Assembly (NCBI GenBank): GCA_000004985.1
Contig: GG738847.1
Direction: 5' to 3' (one strand)
Source of the DNA: Naegleria gruberi
Lineage: Eukaryota
Length of the DNA: 64,000 nucleotides
This document shows, in pieces, positions 52,437 through 64,000 of this stretch. Made by a program: the position numbers and the translations under genes. Position 1 is the stretch's first letter; the number at the start of each line of letters is the position of its first letter. Below the pieces are notes generated by a model. It was not told where the DNA came from, searched no databases, and worked only from the letters and a program-made list of their open reading frames with translations.

Positions 52437-54491
52437 AGTTTGGAGTTTTTTGAATTCTCCAGCAAAAAGAAGAAACTTCCTAGATCTCCTTCTTTACTTT
52501 CTGAAAATAATTCCTCAGAAAGAATAGCACGAATAAATCCACTCAAATACAAAGAATGGACCAGGGAAGCAATTTACTTAATATTATGCTCTAAAGATGA
52601 GAATGGAGGTGCTGGTTTAACTGAAGATGAAGCAAAACAATTATTTAATGCTGGTTTTACAGCTACTGCAATTAGAGCAATTGTCAACAGACTTTTAGAA
52701 TCACATGATAAATCATTTGGTATTAGTTATGTGATTGATAATGCCTTAAAGTACTTTCCAAATATTTCACGTAATTTAATTGGCAAAGTTGTTGATTGGG
52801 TAGAAAGGGTTATAGTGAAACCAATGGAAAGACCTAAAACTCTCCTCCAATTAATCATAAAATCACAACAAAAACAGATCTCTGACGGTTCAGAGGAGGA
52901 CATGAAGAAATGTGTCGATCAATACGGAGAAGCAAATTCAACTCTCTTGAAAGAAAACCCAACTAAAAACTTAAAGTTTGAAGATTGGCCAAATTTTAAA
53001 CAAGAATTACTGAATGCAACAACTATTCCTTCTTCAGGTGTTAAATTTGGACACCCTGCTTTTGGTAAAAACTTTAGATCATGTGAATTACCTTTAAACG
53101 GTGACAAATTTGCCAAACAAGAGCTACCTTACTTTTCTCAATTCCATTACAAAATGGAAAAAGATGATGAATTATTTAAAAAACTTGAAGAAAAACATAG
53201 AAGTTCCATAATGTTTTTGGGTCCATCTGGTTGTGGAAAGACAACCATTAGATTACTATCTAAAAATCCAGGAATGATTTTAACTTGCACTAGTCATGCT
53301 GAATCATCAAGTGGTTTAACAACTGAATATTGATTTATATTTTAAAATTAATTCAAAATGCAAGAGAAAATCCATTTGTTTTACTTTATTTGGGGAATAC
53401 TTCCATATTTGGCAAACATGCAATTAAATGGTAATACTGGGGCAAGTGGTGAAGCGTTTACCAAGTTTTATGTTCAATACACATTCACGCCTTCTAGTAT
53501 TTTAATTAAAATTTCTCAAGTATTAATTGGAGAAATTATTCAAACCTAAAATAATAATTCTACCTTATTTGGAATTCAAAATCCAATTGAAAAATTCATA
53601 GCTGTCATTGATGAAGCAAATGTTTATTCACTGTATGTATTAATTTTCAAATTTCTCTAGAATATCTCTCTAACAACAAACAGTTCACTCACAGATTCGT
53701 CCAATCTTTCACATTTAATAGGATTAAATGGTACGAAAGGAGGTCTATTAACAATCCTAACACAAGCTATTGTAAACAATAATTTCTTTCACATGTCTTT
53801 ATTCTGTGGAACCAATTTTTCGGCAGAATTTGGCAACACTTTTATTCAATCAGCACGTGTTGATAAAACAAAAGCAAAGATTGAAAATTATTATGACTTT
53901 GGAGTAATTGCCGATAGAGATTTATTTTCATTCCTTCAAAAACACATTAGAATGAACAAGAAGGAACAACGAAATTTAGAACAATTCATTTATGAAAATG
54001 ATTTTAAATATTTTAGAAGAAGATTATTTACATTGGCTTTGGAAGAATTGGAAAAAATCAAAGATGAAAGAAGTAACAATGATAAAAAATTGGTCATTGC
54101 ATTCAAGAAATCAATTGAGACATGTTTACAATATGTTTGTAATGTTATGGTAAAGAAATATTTTGGCAATTACACAACCGTAACACCAACAGAACCAGAA
54201 CCTTTCAATACACTTCAAGAAGGTATTAAGGAAGCTCTTGTTAATTATATTGCACACTATAAGTTTCCTTTTTTAGGATCAACCTTTAAGATTGAGAATA
54301 ATGCTGTTGCTGATGCCTTATTATATTCTGCATTCTCTGGTCCAGAAAATTATGAAGATAAGTGTTATTCGTTCTCTGCAAAAGACTTTTTGGGCGTTGA
54401 GTGTGCTTTTGTTCTCGATATGATTATTAATACTAAACTTTATAACAAGGAGTGTCAAATATGTAACAAGGAGAAGGAAATATGTTATTAG
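52437..54491 (+). CDS. Rad17/Rad24-RFC-like AAA+ ATPase (checkpoint clamp-loader family), multi-exon; gene model incomplete
   Basis: Track ORF 52440..53333 has no ATG. The frame opens 15 nt after the tRNA-Ala 3' end. Walker A is IMFLGPSGCGKTTIRLLSKNPGMIL (compare Rad17 LLTGPSGCGKTTT..LSKE.G). A Walker B segment EKFIAVIDEANVYSL lies in a downstream exon at ~53580-53633, followed by a GTATGT donor. Track ORF 53793..54491 is probably a 3' exon or exons. The 5' exon(s) are not located. Confidence 0.45.
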
Positions 54492-54721
54492 TTCAAAGAT
54501 TGAACTGATTAAGCGAACAGATTCTTATATCAATATGGAACATATTATGATCAGTAGATTGGTAAAAAAATGGAATGAACAATAAACAATATTTGATTAC
54601 ACATCTGAGAAGTATTACAAACTTTGAACAAGTTGTTTTTGTAAACTAGCAAATAACAATTGAAATAGAATTGATTTGGATTCAAATCTTATTGAAGATG
54701 GAATTTATTAATTGGTTTTTA

Positions 54722-57700
54722 TTAAAGCTCTGATAAGCCCATCGATAATCGCACCAACTTTCTCAATTTTCCATAAAATTGGTCTAATTTTTCAGAATCA
54801 ATACTGTTGGCATCTGTTGCTGAATAGAATTGTTCTTCTCGCTGTCTGATATATGCAGATACATTATATCTAAGGAGAAGTCTGTCAGATTCATCAAGTG
54901 ACTCTTCTTCATCTGAGTCAGAGGTTGAAAGTGTTGAATATGTTGAACAACCATTACCAATTAAATGTTTGAGGTTTTTCAATAATAAAAAGAAAGATGC
55001 ATCTCTAACTCCCCATATGACCAATAAACTTGGTAAGATACATAATGAAATAGCAATTAGAGCTACCAAATAAAACAATGAATAATCTCCCAATACTAGG
55101 AAAACTCTCCACAATCTTCCTTCCAAATGTCCCAAATTTCCTCCCAAAAACGACATGCTATTAACAATAAGGAATACACAAATACTTAATCCCATTATAA
55201 CAGTTGATAATCTCAGATTTAGTAAAGAAGGGGATGGTTTTTGAGTGATACCAGGATGGAATTTTACATGATTACACCTTTCCATTATCATAACTGTTAG
55301 ATATTGTACAGAAACAATAATAAAAATCATCAAACTATTAATATGCTCCAAATCATTTTTAAATTTCCCAAATCTAGATATTTCAATATTTAGAGAATTT
55401 TCATGAAAATTTTGAGGTCTACTCAAAATATTGGCTCCATAATAACCAATTCCAAAGCAAGTGAATAATACAATAATAAAACCTTGATAGGCAGCATTCA
55501 AAAACCATAAAAATAAGCTGGTTTGTGTTAAGGTTTCTCCTCTTCTGGAGGATCTGTATAGCTCTGGAATCTTTTCTAGAGCCATATCAGAAACTTCAAA
55601 TGAATGTCCATTATTAGCACTTCCCAATTTAAGTGAAGCTGGAGTAATGTACCGTATTAAATCTCCAATTCTCACATCCCCCATAGAAAATGCAAATGGC
55701 ACAACACTAGTATAAAGGATGTTATAAAAAACCAGAGAATGGGATTGTAAAATAGTATTTCCACTGAAATAGGTGAAAAGTAAATTATAAACAAGCTGGC
55801 ATGCAGCCAAAACAACTGATTTGTACATGGTGTACTGTGAAATGAGAGCCAATCTCTTGTAACTGTTTCTTCCATGCACAAGTAAGAGACGTTTCAACAT
55901 ACTAAATCTTGGAATGCCAAAATCAGCTGCTCTAACAGCCTGTAAATGTTCTGACTCTGTATTGACCTCTTGATGAGTTTCTTGATCTATTTTGGCACTC
56001 GAACTGATACCAATACCAACATCTGCCTCTAGAATCATGTTACAATCATTTCCACCATCTCCAATAGCCAAACAAATTGGAGAGGAGAGCGATTGAAGTC
56101 TATTGTTGGAATCTTCTGAGGAGAGCGGATATTTAATGAGTCTGACAATCTTTCCTTTCAATTTGGGAGTCATTCTGCAGCTAACACATGCATTCACTGA
56201 TTTGCAAAGCTTTAAAAAAGTTGAAACATTCTCCAAATCTGTTGACTCTTGTTCATCCAATATGAAATTCAATACTCTTCCTTCAAATACTAAACATTTG
56301 AAAATATTAGATTCCAATTCATCGTATTTTTCTGAAATTATTCTCAGAGAATCTCTAACAGAGGAGAAGGAATTTCCTTTCAGATGGGATATATCGATTA
56401 AATCTTGATGTAATGAAGGAACCAGATGACAGGCATGAGCAATTTGTACAGCTGTTTCCATCTTGTCACCTGTGAGCATCCAAATAGAGATTCCAGCCTC
56501 TCTCAAGCTATCAATACACTCACCAACTCCTTCTTGAAGTTTATCTTCCATAGCAGTGGCTCCATGTAACAGAAACTCCTTCTCTATTGAATCGACAATT
56601 GGTTGTTGTTCTCCTTCTTCCATTTGTGAAATTGTTTCCAGGAAAGTGGTGACTTCCTCCATAGCAAGCTCTTTACCAGCCATAAGCATTACTCTAAGTC
56701 CTTCTTTCGAGGCAAGATTCTGAATGTGACTCAAGGTTTCTTGTAGTATTTCAGCATTTGCTTGATTGTTCATCCTCTCACAAATAACATCATCTGCTCC
56801 CTTACAGAAAATATAATATTTACACTGGTTTGGATCGTCAGATATTCTTTTTACAATTATGGACATTCTTCTTCTATCTGAAGTGAAGTGAATTACTTTC
56901 AATATATTATATTCCTCCAAAGTAAAATTATTAGCATCTGAATGGATTCTCAAAATCATTCTTTCCTCATCTCTGTAATTTAAAACAACTCCTTGATATG
57001 CTGCATATTTGACAAAGGCATCCTCTTCGGGCGAGCTCGATCTGTAATGTGGCAAGAAGGATCCACTTGTTGAATTGTCGCAATAAACTGTATGGCAAAG
57101 GGCCAAATTTCTCAGGAAGGACAATGTGCTCTCTGTAAAATTACATTGCTCATTGAGGAAACCAATTTTGTGAGTATTTATGCTGGTAGGATGATGAGAA
57201 ACTGAGGCATCAACAACCTTTCCATCAACAATAACTCTAGAGAGTGTCAATAAATTCTCTGTTAGGGTACCTGTCTTGTCACTGAAAATGTAATCTATTT
57301 GACCCAAGTCCTCTGCTACAGAAGTATTGGATGCACTAGTTCTATTCCCCTGAGCATCACATAAAAGGTCATCTTTTGGTATGAAAAACATTGAGATAAT
57401 GTACTTGGCTACATCTGACGTGATTTTCAAAGATTGTGGAATCATTAGAGAGCATAACATGGTAAATCTCAGAGGTATGATTAGGTAAGGCAATATCTTT
57501 TCAGCAAAATATTCAAGCACATCAAGAATGTAGTAACCAGTGACAAGCTTGGAATGTTGAAAATCTACGGCCGTATTAAGATAAAACATATTCTTTCCAT
57601 TATTAAAATAGAGATAATTGCCAATTAATCCAAAGGCCAATCCAATAGAAAACTGGACAATAAAAATTCCAACTACTACATGGTTGATAAAGTTATCCAT

Positions 57701-59446
57701 CTTGGTCCATTTCATTTCAACTTCCTTTCTATTCATTCCAATTTTTGTTTCATTTCCAGTATAAATTACTACAGCCAAAGCAGATGCGGTACTTTTCAAT
57801 GTTGTGCCTTGTAATAGTAAATTATTAGATGTGACTGAAAACCTGTCCATTCTATTCTTGTAGGGTACGATTATTTCACCTTTGAAATGATCCAAATCTG
57901 CATTAGGAGCATTACATTCAATAATACATGAAAAGTCATTTACCATTGATACTTCACTTTCACCACTGGAGGTAGTTAAAAGTTTCTGGATTGCACCAAT
58001 AGATTTCTTCTCCTTGTAGTGAGATTCTCCATCGAGAGCACTTGTTTCCACCCAGGCAATACCACCTGTTACTGTGGAAAAGCCTTCTTTTTTCAGGACA
58101 TTGCTTGAATGAATGAGAACCATATCAGCTCTAATCTGTTCATCATCTTGCAGATAGACAATATCTCCTGCTTGTAGTTGATAGGAAGGAATTGTTTCAG
58201 TTTTTCCATGTCTGATAATTGTCACTAATTTGCTATTAATTTCAGAGTCCTTCTGATATCTAAACAAATCATCCACTAGCTCCTTAGCTACTCCGACTGT
58301 CACGACCAATATTAAGGGAATCCACGTCGTACTTTAAAATTATGTTAAGAATGTTTCTAACTTTTTGAACTCTTATACTCACATTGGATTAGTTGGACTG
58401 GCAGCTTTCCAAAACTGAAGACAGGCCAATGCCAAAAAGTACTGATTCATTCTTAATGAAAATTGAGCACTAATACTCTTCCACAAGAAGTTGTACCATC
58501 TATACTTAGTATTACTAATTGTATTGTCAGAATATCTGGGATAATTAAAATTTCGTTCTCTTGAAAATTCTTTCCTTATTTGAATGGCTTCAGTCAATTC
58601 CTGTAAAGAATGGTATTGTTCAGAAAAGATAAATTTCCAAAAGTAATCAATTAATTCTTGCCAAAACCTTTCGAACATGGCTCTACTTTGAAACATTCCC
58701 AGTGCTGTTCTATATACAGATGCTGTTGCATGACCAGTGCTGGAATTTGCTGATGAAGTCGAAGACCTATCGTCCAATAATACAATTTGTGAATATTCAT
58801 TACATGAACAACTCGAATAAATTAAAGATCCAACTATATAAATTACATTCTTTACACAAATATTAACCAAAATATTTGTGACTTGATAAATTATTAAACA
58901 TATTAAACTTGTTATATACATTAACATTGTTTTTTGCTTGGCAAATGATTTTGCAAAATTTACAATTCTTCTTCTACCATTATTTACAGAGGGAGCAATT
59001 ACCTGATCATGATAATGTTCATGTATCAGCTGTTCCCTCTCAAAACAATGTGATTCTACATTTCCATAAATTATTCTTCGTTTTCCTTTTTGTTCCGAAT
59101 CAAATTCCTCCATAACAAGTACTGACGATGGTTGTATTTGTTCATAATCATCAGAATAATTAATATTTGACTCATCGCCATTGTTAGAAATTTCCTCTTC
59201 CTGATAATAGGCAATCTCTCCTCCTGATAATGATGAAGATGGACTTGACACCTCTTTCATAGTAGATGAACGATCTTTTCCATCATCCCGATCATCTTCC
59301 AATGTTTTACTATTATTTATTGTTGATGATGTTAATGTTGATGGATAACTATTCTCATCATCGTCATTGTTGGATGATTTCCATCCTCCTTTACTGGCTG
59401 CCACTGATGTTCGAGAGAGAATGGTTCCTCCACCATTTGTATTCAT
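54722..59446 (-). CDS. P4-type ATPase (phospholipid flippase); 2 exons, ~1,557 aa
   Basis: Exon 1 is 58383..59446 (ATG aaaaaaaATGaat; NTISNTKYRWYNFLWKSISAQFSLRMNQYFLALACLQFWKAASPTNP; donor AT|GTGAGT). Intron is 58332..58382. Exon 2 is 54722..58331 (TTWIPLILVVTVGVAKELVDD...DKTGTLTEN...GDGGNDCNMILEADVGIGI). Confidence 0.8.
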
Positions 59447-59701
59447 TTTTTTTAATTTCACTTCTAAAATTGGGTATTAATGGGTTGTGCTTGGAATTAA
59501 TAATTTAATGTATAATTTAATATTAAATTAAATTGTATTATTTATTGGTTGATTTGAGTGAAACTAATTTTTGAAAATTAATTTTCAATTAATATTAATG
59601 TTGTGTTCGAATATTTATATCACTAAGTTTATAATCTGGATATGTAGTTTCCACATCGAGGACTTGATTTTTTAATCTTTCCTTAAAAAGCTATTCAATA
59701 A

Positions 59702-60520
59702 TTAAATTAATTTTCCAAAAATAGAAATTTTAAAAACACGTACAGCAATGTTTCCCATAAACTTATCAAGCAATATCAAGACATCATCATGCCCATGAAA
59801 ATAAGCTCTTCTCCTAGGTGTGTGGCCTTCCTTATTTTTCACATCAACCTTAATCTTTGGATGATACAATAACAAGGCAACAATATTGAAATATCCCTCA
59901 CCACAACAATAGTGAAGTGGTGTATTTCCGAGTGAGTCCTTTACATTTACTGGTACACCTCTTGATATTCCATATTTTACAGTCTCTATATTTCCCCATT
60001 GACAAGCATGATGCAAGATATTTCTATTCATCTATATTTTCCGATCATATTAATTAATAATTATTAAAATAATAATCAATTTCCATTATCACAATTATCA
60101 CAATATATATAAACCAATCCACTCCAAAAAAGAGTTCAGAATACATACATGATCCTTTACATTAGCCTTCTCCTTCTTATCCAAAATTTCCTTCACATAT
60201 TCAGGTTTTCCCAACAACCCTGCACAATGAAAAAAGTATTCATCAATAGCCATTCCTAAATTATTTTCTAAACTACTACCACTACCACTACTAACATTAC
60301 TCCCGTTAACGTTCTTATTTTTGTTGCTTTTTGGTGACGAAGATGATGAAGAGTTATCATTGTTCCCGCCAGCAGTGTTGTTGTTCGTTGTGGATAACCA
60401 TAAATTTTGGCGGGAAGAATCAGAGAGGGAATTGTGACTTGAGGAAGAAGTAGTGTTGTTGTTGTTATTGGTCTTGTCCTTCTTTCGGAGGGAATCTAAT
60501 AATTTTCGAAATAATGTCAT
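59702..60520 (-). CDS. Ankyrin-repeat protein; at least 2 exons
   Basis: Exon 1 is 60149..60520 (ATG at 60520; Asn/Ser-rich; donor CAT|GTATGT). Intron is 60032..60148. Exon 2 is 59702..60031 (MNRNILHHACQWGNIETVKYGISRGVPVNVKDSLGNTPLHYCCGEGYFNIVALLL...). A GCT|GTACGT donor near 59765 may remove the last ~17 codons in favour of a short 3' exon. Confidence 0.6.
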
Positions 60521-60847
60521 GTTAACGATGAAAGGTTTCTTTTTTTTTTGCTTTTACATTTGACATGTGGCAAAAGTTGGTGTCAACAGTTCACCAAACC
60601 TTACATTTCAAATAATTAATGGTCATACCAGATTTGAATAGAGTTTTGTAACTTTTTCGATTAATCTCTTACACTTTAAGGGAGGAGACATATCTATAAC
60701 AAAAATATTCGAAAGTTAACGAAACCTTGTAAATTTATTACCTGGGTTGACAAGCAGACATGCAATGAAGTGTTGCAATATCCAGCTGTCTCAATCCTCA
60801 AAAAAATAAATGTTTACTGTGAGTGAGGGTAATCGTCAACTAATAGA

Positions 60848-62743
60848 ATGAAAGAATTTGGAGACGGAATTAATTTCTCTTTGTTGGAAACTAGAAACGA
60901 AACTTTACCTTCATCAAATAGCTCTGTTTATTGTTATGAAATATTATTCGAATTGGGATCTTTGAGTAGGGATAATTCGGAATATCAGTATGGCCTCTGT
61001 CCAGATACTTGGGTAACTTTAGGAGTTTCGTCTAGTTTACTACTACTTTATTTGATTATCTTGCTTACAAGCATTGTAGGAATTGCAAAATTTTGGAACG
61101 AGGGACATATTCGAGCAAGAAGTCCAATACAAATGATCTTGACTCTAACTGCAACCACTATTTGTGTTGTATTGGCATGTTCTAGAATGATTGCTGGCAG
61201 GAGATTATTTCCATGCGGTTTATACTTGTTGGGATGTTTAATATTCCCTCAATTAACGATTATTCCATCATGCATTCGATGTATAAGAATGTATCTCTTG
61301 TATATCTTAAATTTGAAAAAGACGAAACTGGTCGAACTCAAACGAACTGCATCCATGTATCTAGGTTCTCGACCCAAAGATCATGAATTCTCAGAACCAA
61401 ACTCACCAACCTCTCCAGTTCCTCCAACTTTTAGTCCTGATTTTCAAACCCTCAATTCGTTAAATTCCGTTACAACGACCATTGATGAGGTATTTGTTGT
61501 GAATATTGAGAATGAAGATGCTGATTCAAAGATTGAGGATGGTGATATGTTTTCTAGTCCAAGATCAGATGATAAAATGATATCGAGTTATTCCTTGGCA
61601 TCACATCTCACTTCTACAGAAGGTTTTACAATGGAAGATAATGTTATACGAAAGGTTGATTCTCCACCTAGGAAAGATTCCAAGAAGGTAGATTTTGAGG
61701 CTTTCACCATTGAGTCAACCACAATCGATTGTAAGCAAATGGACAAGATTGAAAATCAACTCGAGGAGCAACACTCTGGAGTTTTCGTTCGAAAATATCA
61801 GAAACACATCAACATCCTCTCCTTCATGGTCAGCTACAAGATGTCCATTCCAATTTACATTTTCTTTCTTGGAATGCATATTGTCTTGTATTTCATTCTG
61901 GGTGGAGTTGAAAGCTATTTCCAATCAACACAGAATCAAGAAATATTCCTTCGACCTGGTGGAGATTTTTTCCTGTTCAGTCATGGGTGTGGAATGTCCT
62001 TGAATTATTCCATTATTTTGGTCTCACTCATGGCAATCTACATATTCGCAGAGATTTGTTGCTTAATTTTGAGTTTTTTCGGTGATAAGGACACATGGAA
62101 TATCAAGAGAGAAACCATTGCCTTAATTATTGTTCAAATATTGTGTGCCACGTATTTTATTATTGGAATGTCAGTGCCAATACTGATTGGAATGGTCGAG
62201 TTTTTTGTTCCATCCTCAATGGCTTTTGTGGTCATGTCCATATGTGAAGTATTCATTACGGTGTTTCTTCCGGTTGTGTACAGTTTCTTACAACATATCC
62301 GAAAGAAAAAGAGTAGTATGGAAAATAATTCATCTGATTTGTGTTTTATTCTGGCGAGAAAGAGAAGTTTTAAAATATTTCTCGACTTTGCACGGAGGAG
62401 TTTTTGTCCAGAAGCTGTCATTTGCTATGAACACATTCAACATTATAAGAAATGTTCGAAAAGAAATCGAAAGAAAGTTGCGAATAAGATATTAGAAACT
62501 TATTTAAGGTTGGGAAGTCCACTCGAGCTCAATTATCCCAATTTACAACGACTTTATGATGATTTGGAGATTAAAATCAATTCGAATGAAATACCAGAAA
62601 GTAATTTATTTGATCAAGTGGTATTTCATTGCCTTCAAGATATGAAAGAGTTATTCGAAAGGTTTAAGAATCAAAGTAAGGAAGCAAGAGATATTCTCGC
62701 TGCAAGAAAAAAGACAGAAACTAACAGCAATTCAATCACATAA
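60848..62743 (+). CDS. Seven-transmembrane receptor fused to a C-terminal RGS domain (7TM-RGS)
   Basis: 631 aa, single exon; ATG at 60848. Seven predicted TM helices (3 + long loop + 4). The C-terminal RGS domain is FKIFLDFARRSFCPEAVICYEHIQHYKK...ANKILETYLRLGSPLELNYP...LFDQVVFHCLQDMKELFERFKN. Confidence 0.75.
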   Translation: MKEFGDGINFSLLETRNETLPSSNSSVYCYEILFELGSLSRDNSEYQYGLCPDTWVTLGVSSSLLLLYLIILLTSIVGIAKFWNEGHIRARSPIQMILTLTATTICVVLACSRMIAGRRLFPCGLYLLGCLIFPQLTIIPSCIRCIRMYLLYILNLKKTKLVELKRTASMYLGSRPKDHEFSEPNSPTSPVPPTFSPDFQTLNSLNSVTTTIDEVFVVNIENEDADSKIEDGDMFSSPRSDDKMISSYSLASHLTSTEGFTMEDNVIRKVDSPPRKDSKKVDFEAFTIESTTIDCKQMDKIENQLEEQHSGVFVRKYQKHINILSFMVSYKMSIPIYIFFLGMHIVLYFILGGVESYFQSTQNQEIFLRPGGDFFLFSHGCGMSLNYSIILVSLMAIYIFAEICCLILSFFGDKDTWNIKRETIALIIVQILCATYFIIGMSVPILIGMVEFFVPSSMAFVVMSICEVFITVFLPVVYSFLQHIRKKKSSMENNSSDLCFILARKRSFKIFLDFARRSFCPEAVICYEHIQHYKKCSKRNRKKVANKILETYLRLGSPLELNYPNLQRLYDDLEIKINSNEIPESNLFDQVVFHCLQDMKELFERFKNQSKEARDILAARKKTETNSNSIT

Positions 62744-63018
62744 CCTCTTCATTATCTTGTGAATATTTCAAAACACTCAATTTGGATTTTCATTGATGAA
62801 ACATTCAACGCTCCCTCCAATTCACTAAACTTTTCATTTTACAACAATTTTACAAAACTGTTCACAATTATTTCGAATATTCGAAACTCACAAAAAAACT
62901 CAATTTACTTTTTTGAGCAGCCAAAGGTCATCGCCCCTTGTCTCATTGGAACGTCTCATTCAATAACATCCTAATTAAAATTCGTTAAAAAAATTGAGTT
63001 CATTGCTTTTGTGATAAC

Positions 63019-64000
63019 ATGAAGAATAGCACCAAGTTGTTAATTTGTCAAATAATAACGTCATCCATAGTGGCCTTTGTCATGTTTGTTGTTTGGATTG
63101 GTGTTTTCTTTGGTGAAACCTATCGTAAGTTTTAATGTTATGATGATGATATTGACCTTTCGTATAAACAAATAGCCGAAATTAGAGTGAAAGAAACTTT
63201 CCTTGCCTCTACTTGTAATGTTGTAGGTAGATCAGTCGTATCATCTAAATGTTGTACCAAAGACTGTTCCTATTGTAGCTATTGCCAAAGTGGTGATAGT
63301 TGCTCATCCTTGGCTGTAACCTTGGCCATCAATTCGACATCAGGTTGTTGTGATGGTTACAAGTGTTGTGATACATGTTGCGATAAATGTCAGACATGTA
63401 CTGGTTCTGGCTCTTCAAAATCATGTTATTATCGTGATTGTAATTGTAGATGTTGCAGTAGTGTGCAGAATTTGCAATGTACTTTGACATGTAAGGAATG
63501 TTGGACACCAACTGTTACTATGGAATATCAAACAATAACCAATAGCACTGTACAAGCCAAGATCTCTAAGAGCTGTAACACTGATTACACTTGTGTTGAT
63601 AATTATTTGTCACTTTATCAACTCAATCAAACTTCACAATGTTTTTACAATCCACAAAATACTCAAGAATTGGCAACTTCGAATGAATATACTCCACACA
63701 AATTTGGAATAATGTATACATTCGCTGCATTGACTATTATTTCAGTTATTTGGTTGTTGATTGTCTTGTTTATTTCATTGGGTTTATGTTTACATAAGAA
63801 TGGTTTCATCAAGATTGAATTTACTAGAAATGGAAGTTCAGGAAGCACTAGTGCTTATCATGATGCCACTGCCACTACTACCACAATTGAAACAACGACA
63901 ACTAAACCAGTTGAAAAATCTTATGCAACTTCCACACAATCCATAACTTTAGACCAAGCAAAAGATGATTCTCATAATAATGAAGTTTATCAACCACCTG
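63019..64000 (+). CDS. Cys-rich membrane protein, 5' part (continues past window end): N-terminal TM, CC-motif-rich ectodomain, second TM, Thr-rich tail
   Basis: Exon 1 is 63019..63124 (MKNSTKLLICQIITSSIVAFVMFVVWIGVFFGETY; donor C|GTAAGT). Intron is 63125..63175. Exon 2 runs from 63176 to the window end in an open frame (SGCCDGYKCCDTCCDKCQTC...; TM FGIMYTFAALTIISVIWLLIVLFISLGLCL). Absent from the ORF track because no stop falls in the window. Confidence 0.55.

Noticed and set aside
1-64000. Prokaryotic defence system, CRISPR array, integron/phage, or giant-virus origin (suggested by the aaRS + tRNA + ankyrin/F-box/EGF mix)
   Set aside because: Spliceosomal introns with GTAAGT/GTATGT donors are present. 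Cytoskeletal and signalling genes (profilin, CAP, PTEN, cyclin C, 7TM-RGS, K2P) are present. The start context is aaaaATG and no operon structure exists. All of this indicates a cellular eukaryotic nuclear genome, and no direct-repeat/spacer array was seen.

Overview
This window is AT-rich (about 67-68% AT) eukaryotic nuclear DNA, not a prokaryotic locus. It carries roughly 40 protein-coding genes on both strands and three tRNA genes (Trp-CCA, Ala-AGC and a disrupted Gly-GCC). Genes have an A-rich start context (aaaaaaaATG), short spliceosomal introns of 50-170 bp (GTAAGT or GTATGT donors, YAG acceptors) and standard stop codons. The style is protist-like, possibly amoebozoan, but the organism cannot be named from sequence alone.

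The ORF track reads TTG/CTG/GTG as Met and reads through introns. I therefore re-derived true ATGs and splice sites by hand; coordinates that do not come straight from the track are good to about +/-2 nt. All gene identities are from recalled family motifs, with no database search.

Recognisable genes include:
- a two-pore K+ channel
- two F-box/LRR proteins
- a roughly 3,700-aa EGF-repeat transmembrane protein
- a METTL21-type methyltransferase
- profilin
- a PTEN-like phosphatase
- Trp-tRNA synthetase
- DnaJ-A
- HTATSF1/Cus2
- ELP4
- legumain
- a WD40 protein
- an antistasin-like secreted protein
- a Neverland-type Rieske oxygenase
- a dual-specificity phosphatase
- a divergent ProRS paralog
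- a CAP N-terminal-domain-only protein
- cyclin C
- MEPCE/Bin3
- a Rad17/RFC-like AAA+ ATPase
- a P4-ATPase flippase
- ankyrin-repeat proteins
- a 7TM-RGS fusion

Most notable findings:
1. A tRNA-Gly(GCC) gene is split in its T-loop by a 785-bp repeat-rich, non-coding insertion flanked by an 8-bp direct duplication.
2. The ProRS paralog has lost its class II motif 2 arginine and its C-terminal zinc cysteines.
3. The giant EGF gene contains about 587-bp higher-order repeats and two +1 frame disruptions in one near-identical repeat copy.
4. A complete 7TM receptor is fused to an RGS domain.
5. A CAP gene ends immediately after the helical folded domain.

No CRISPR array, prokaryotic operon or autonomous transposon is present.
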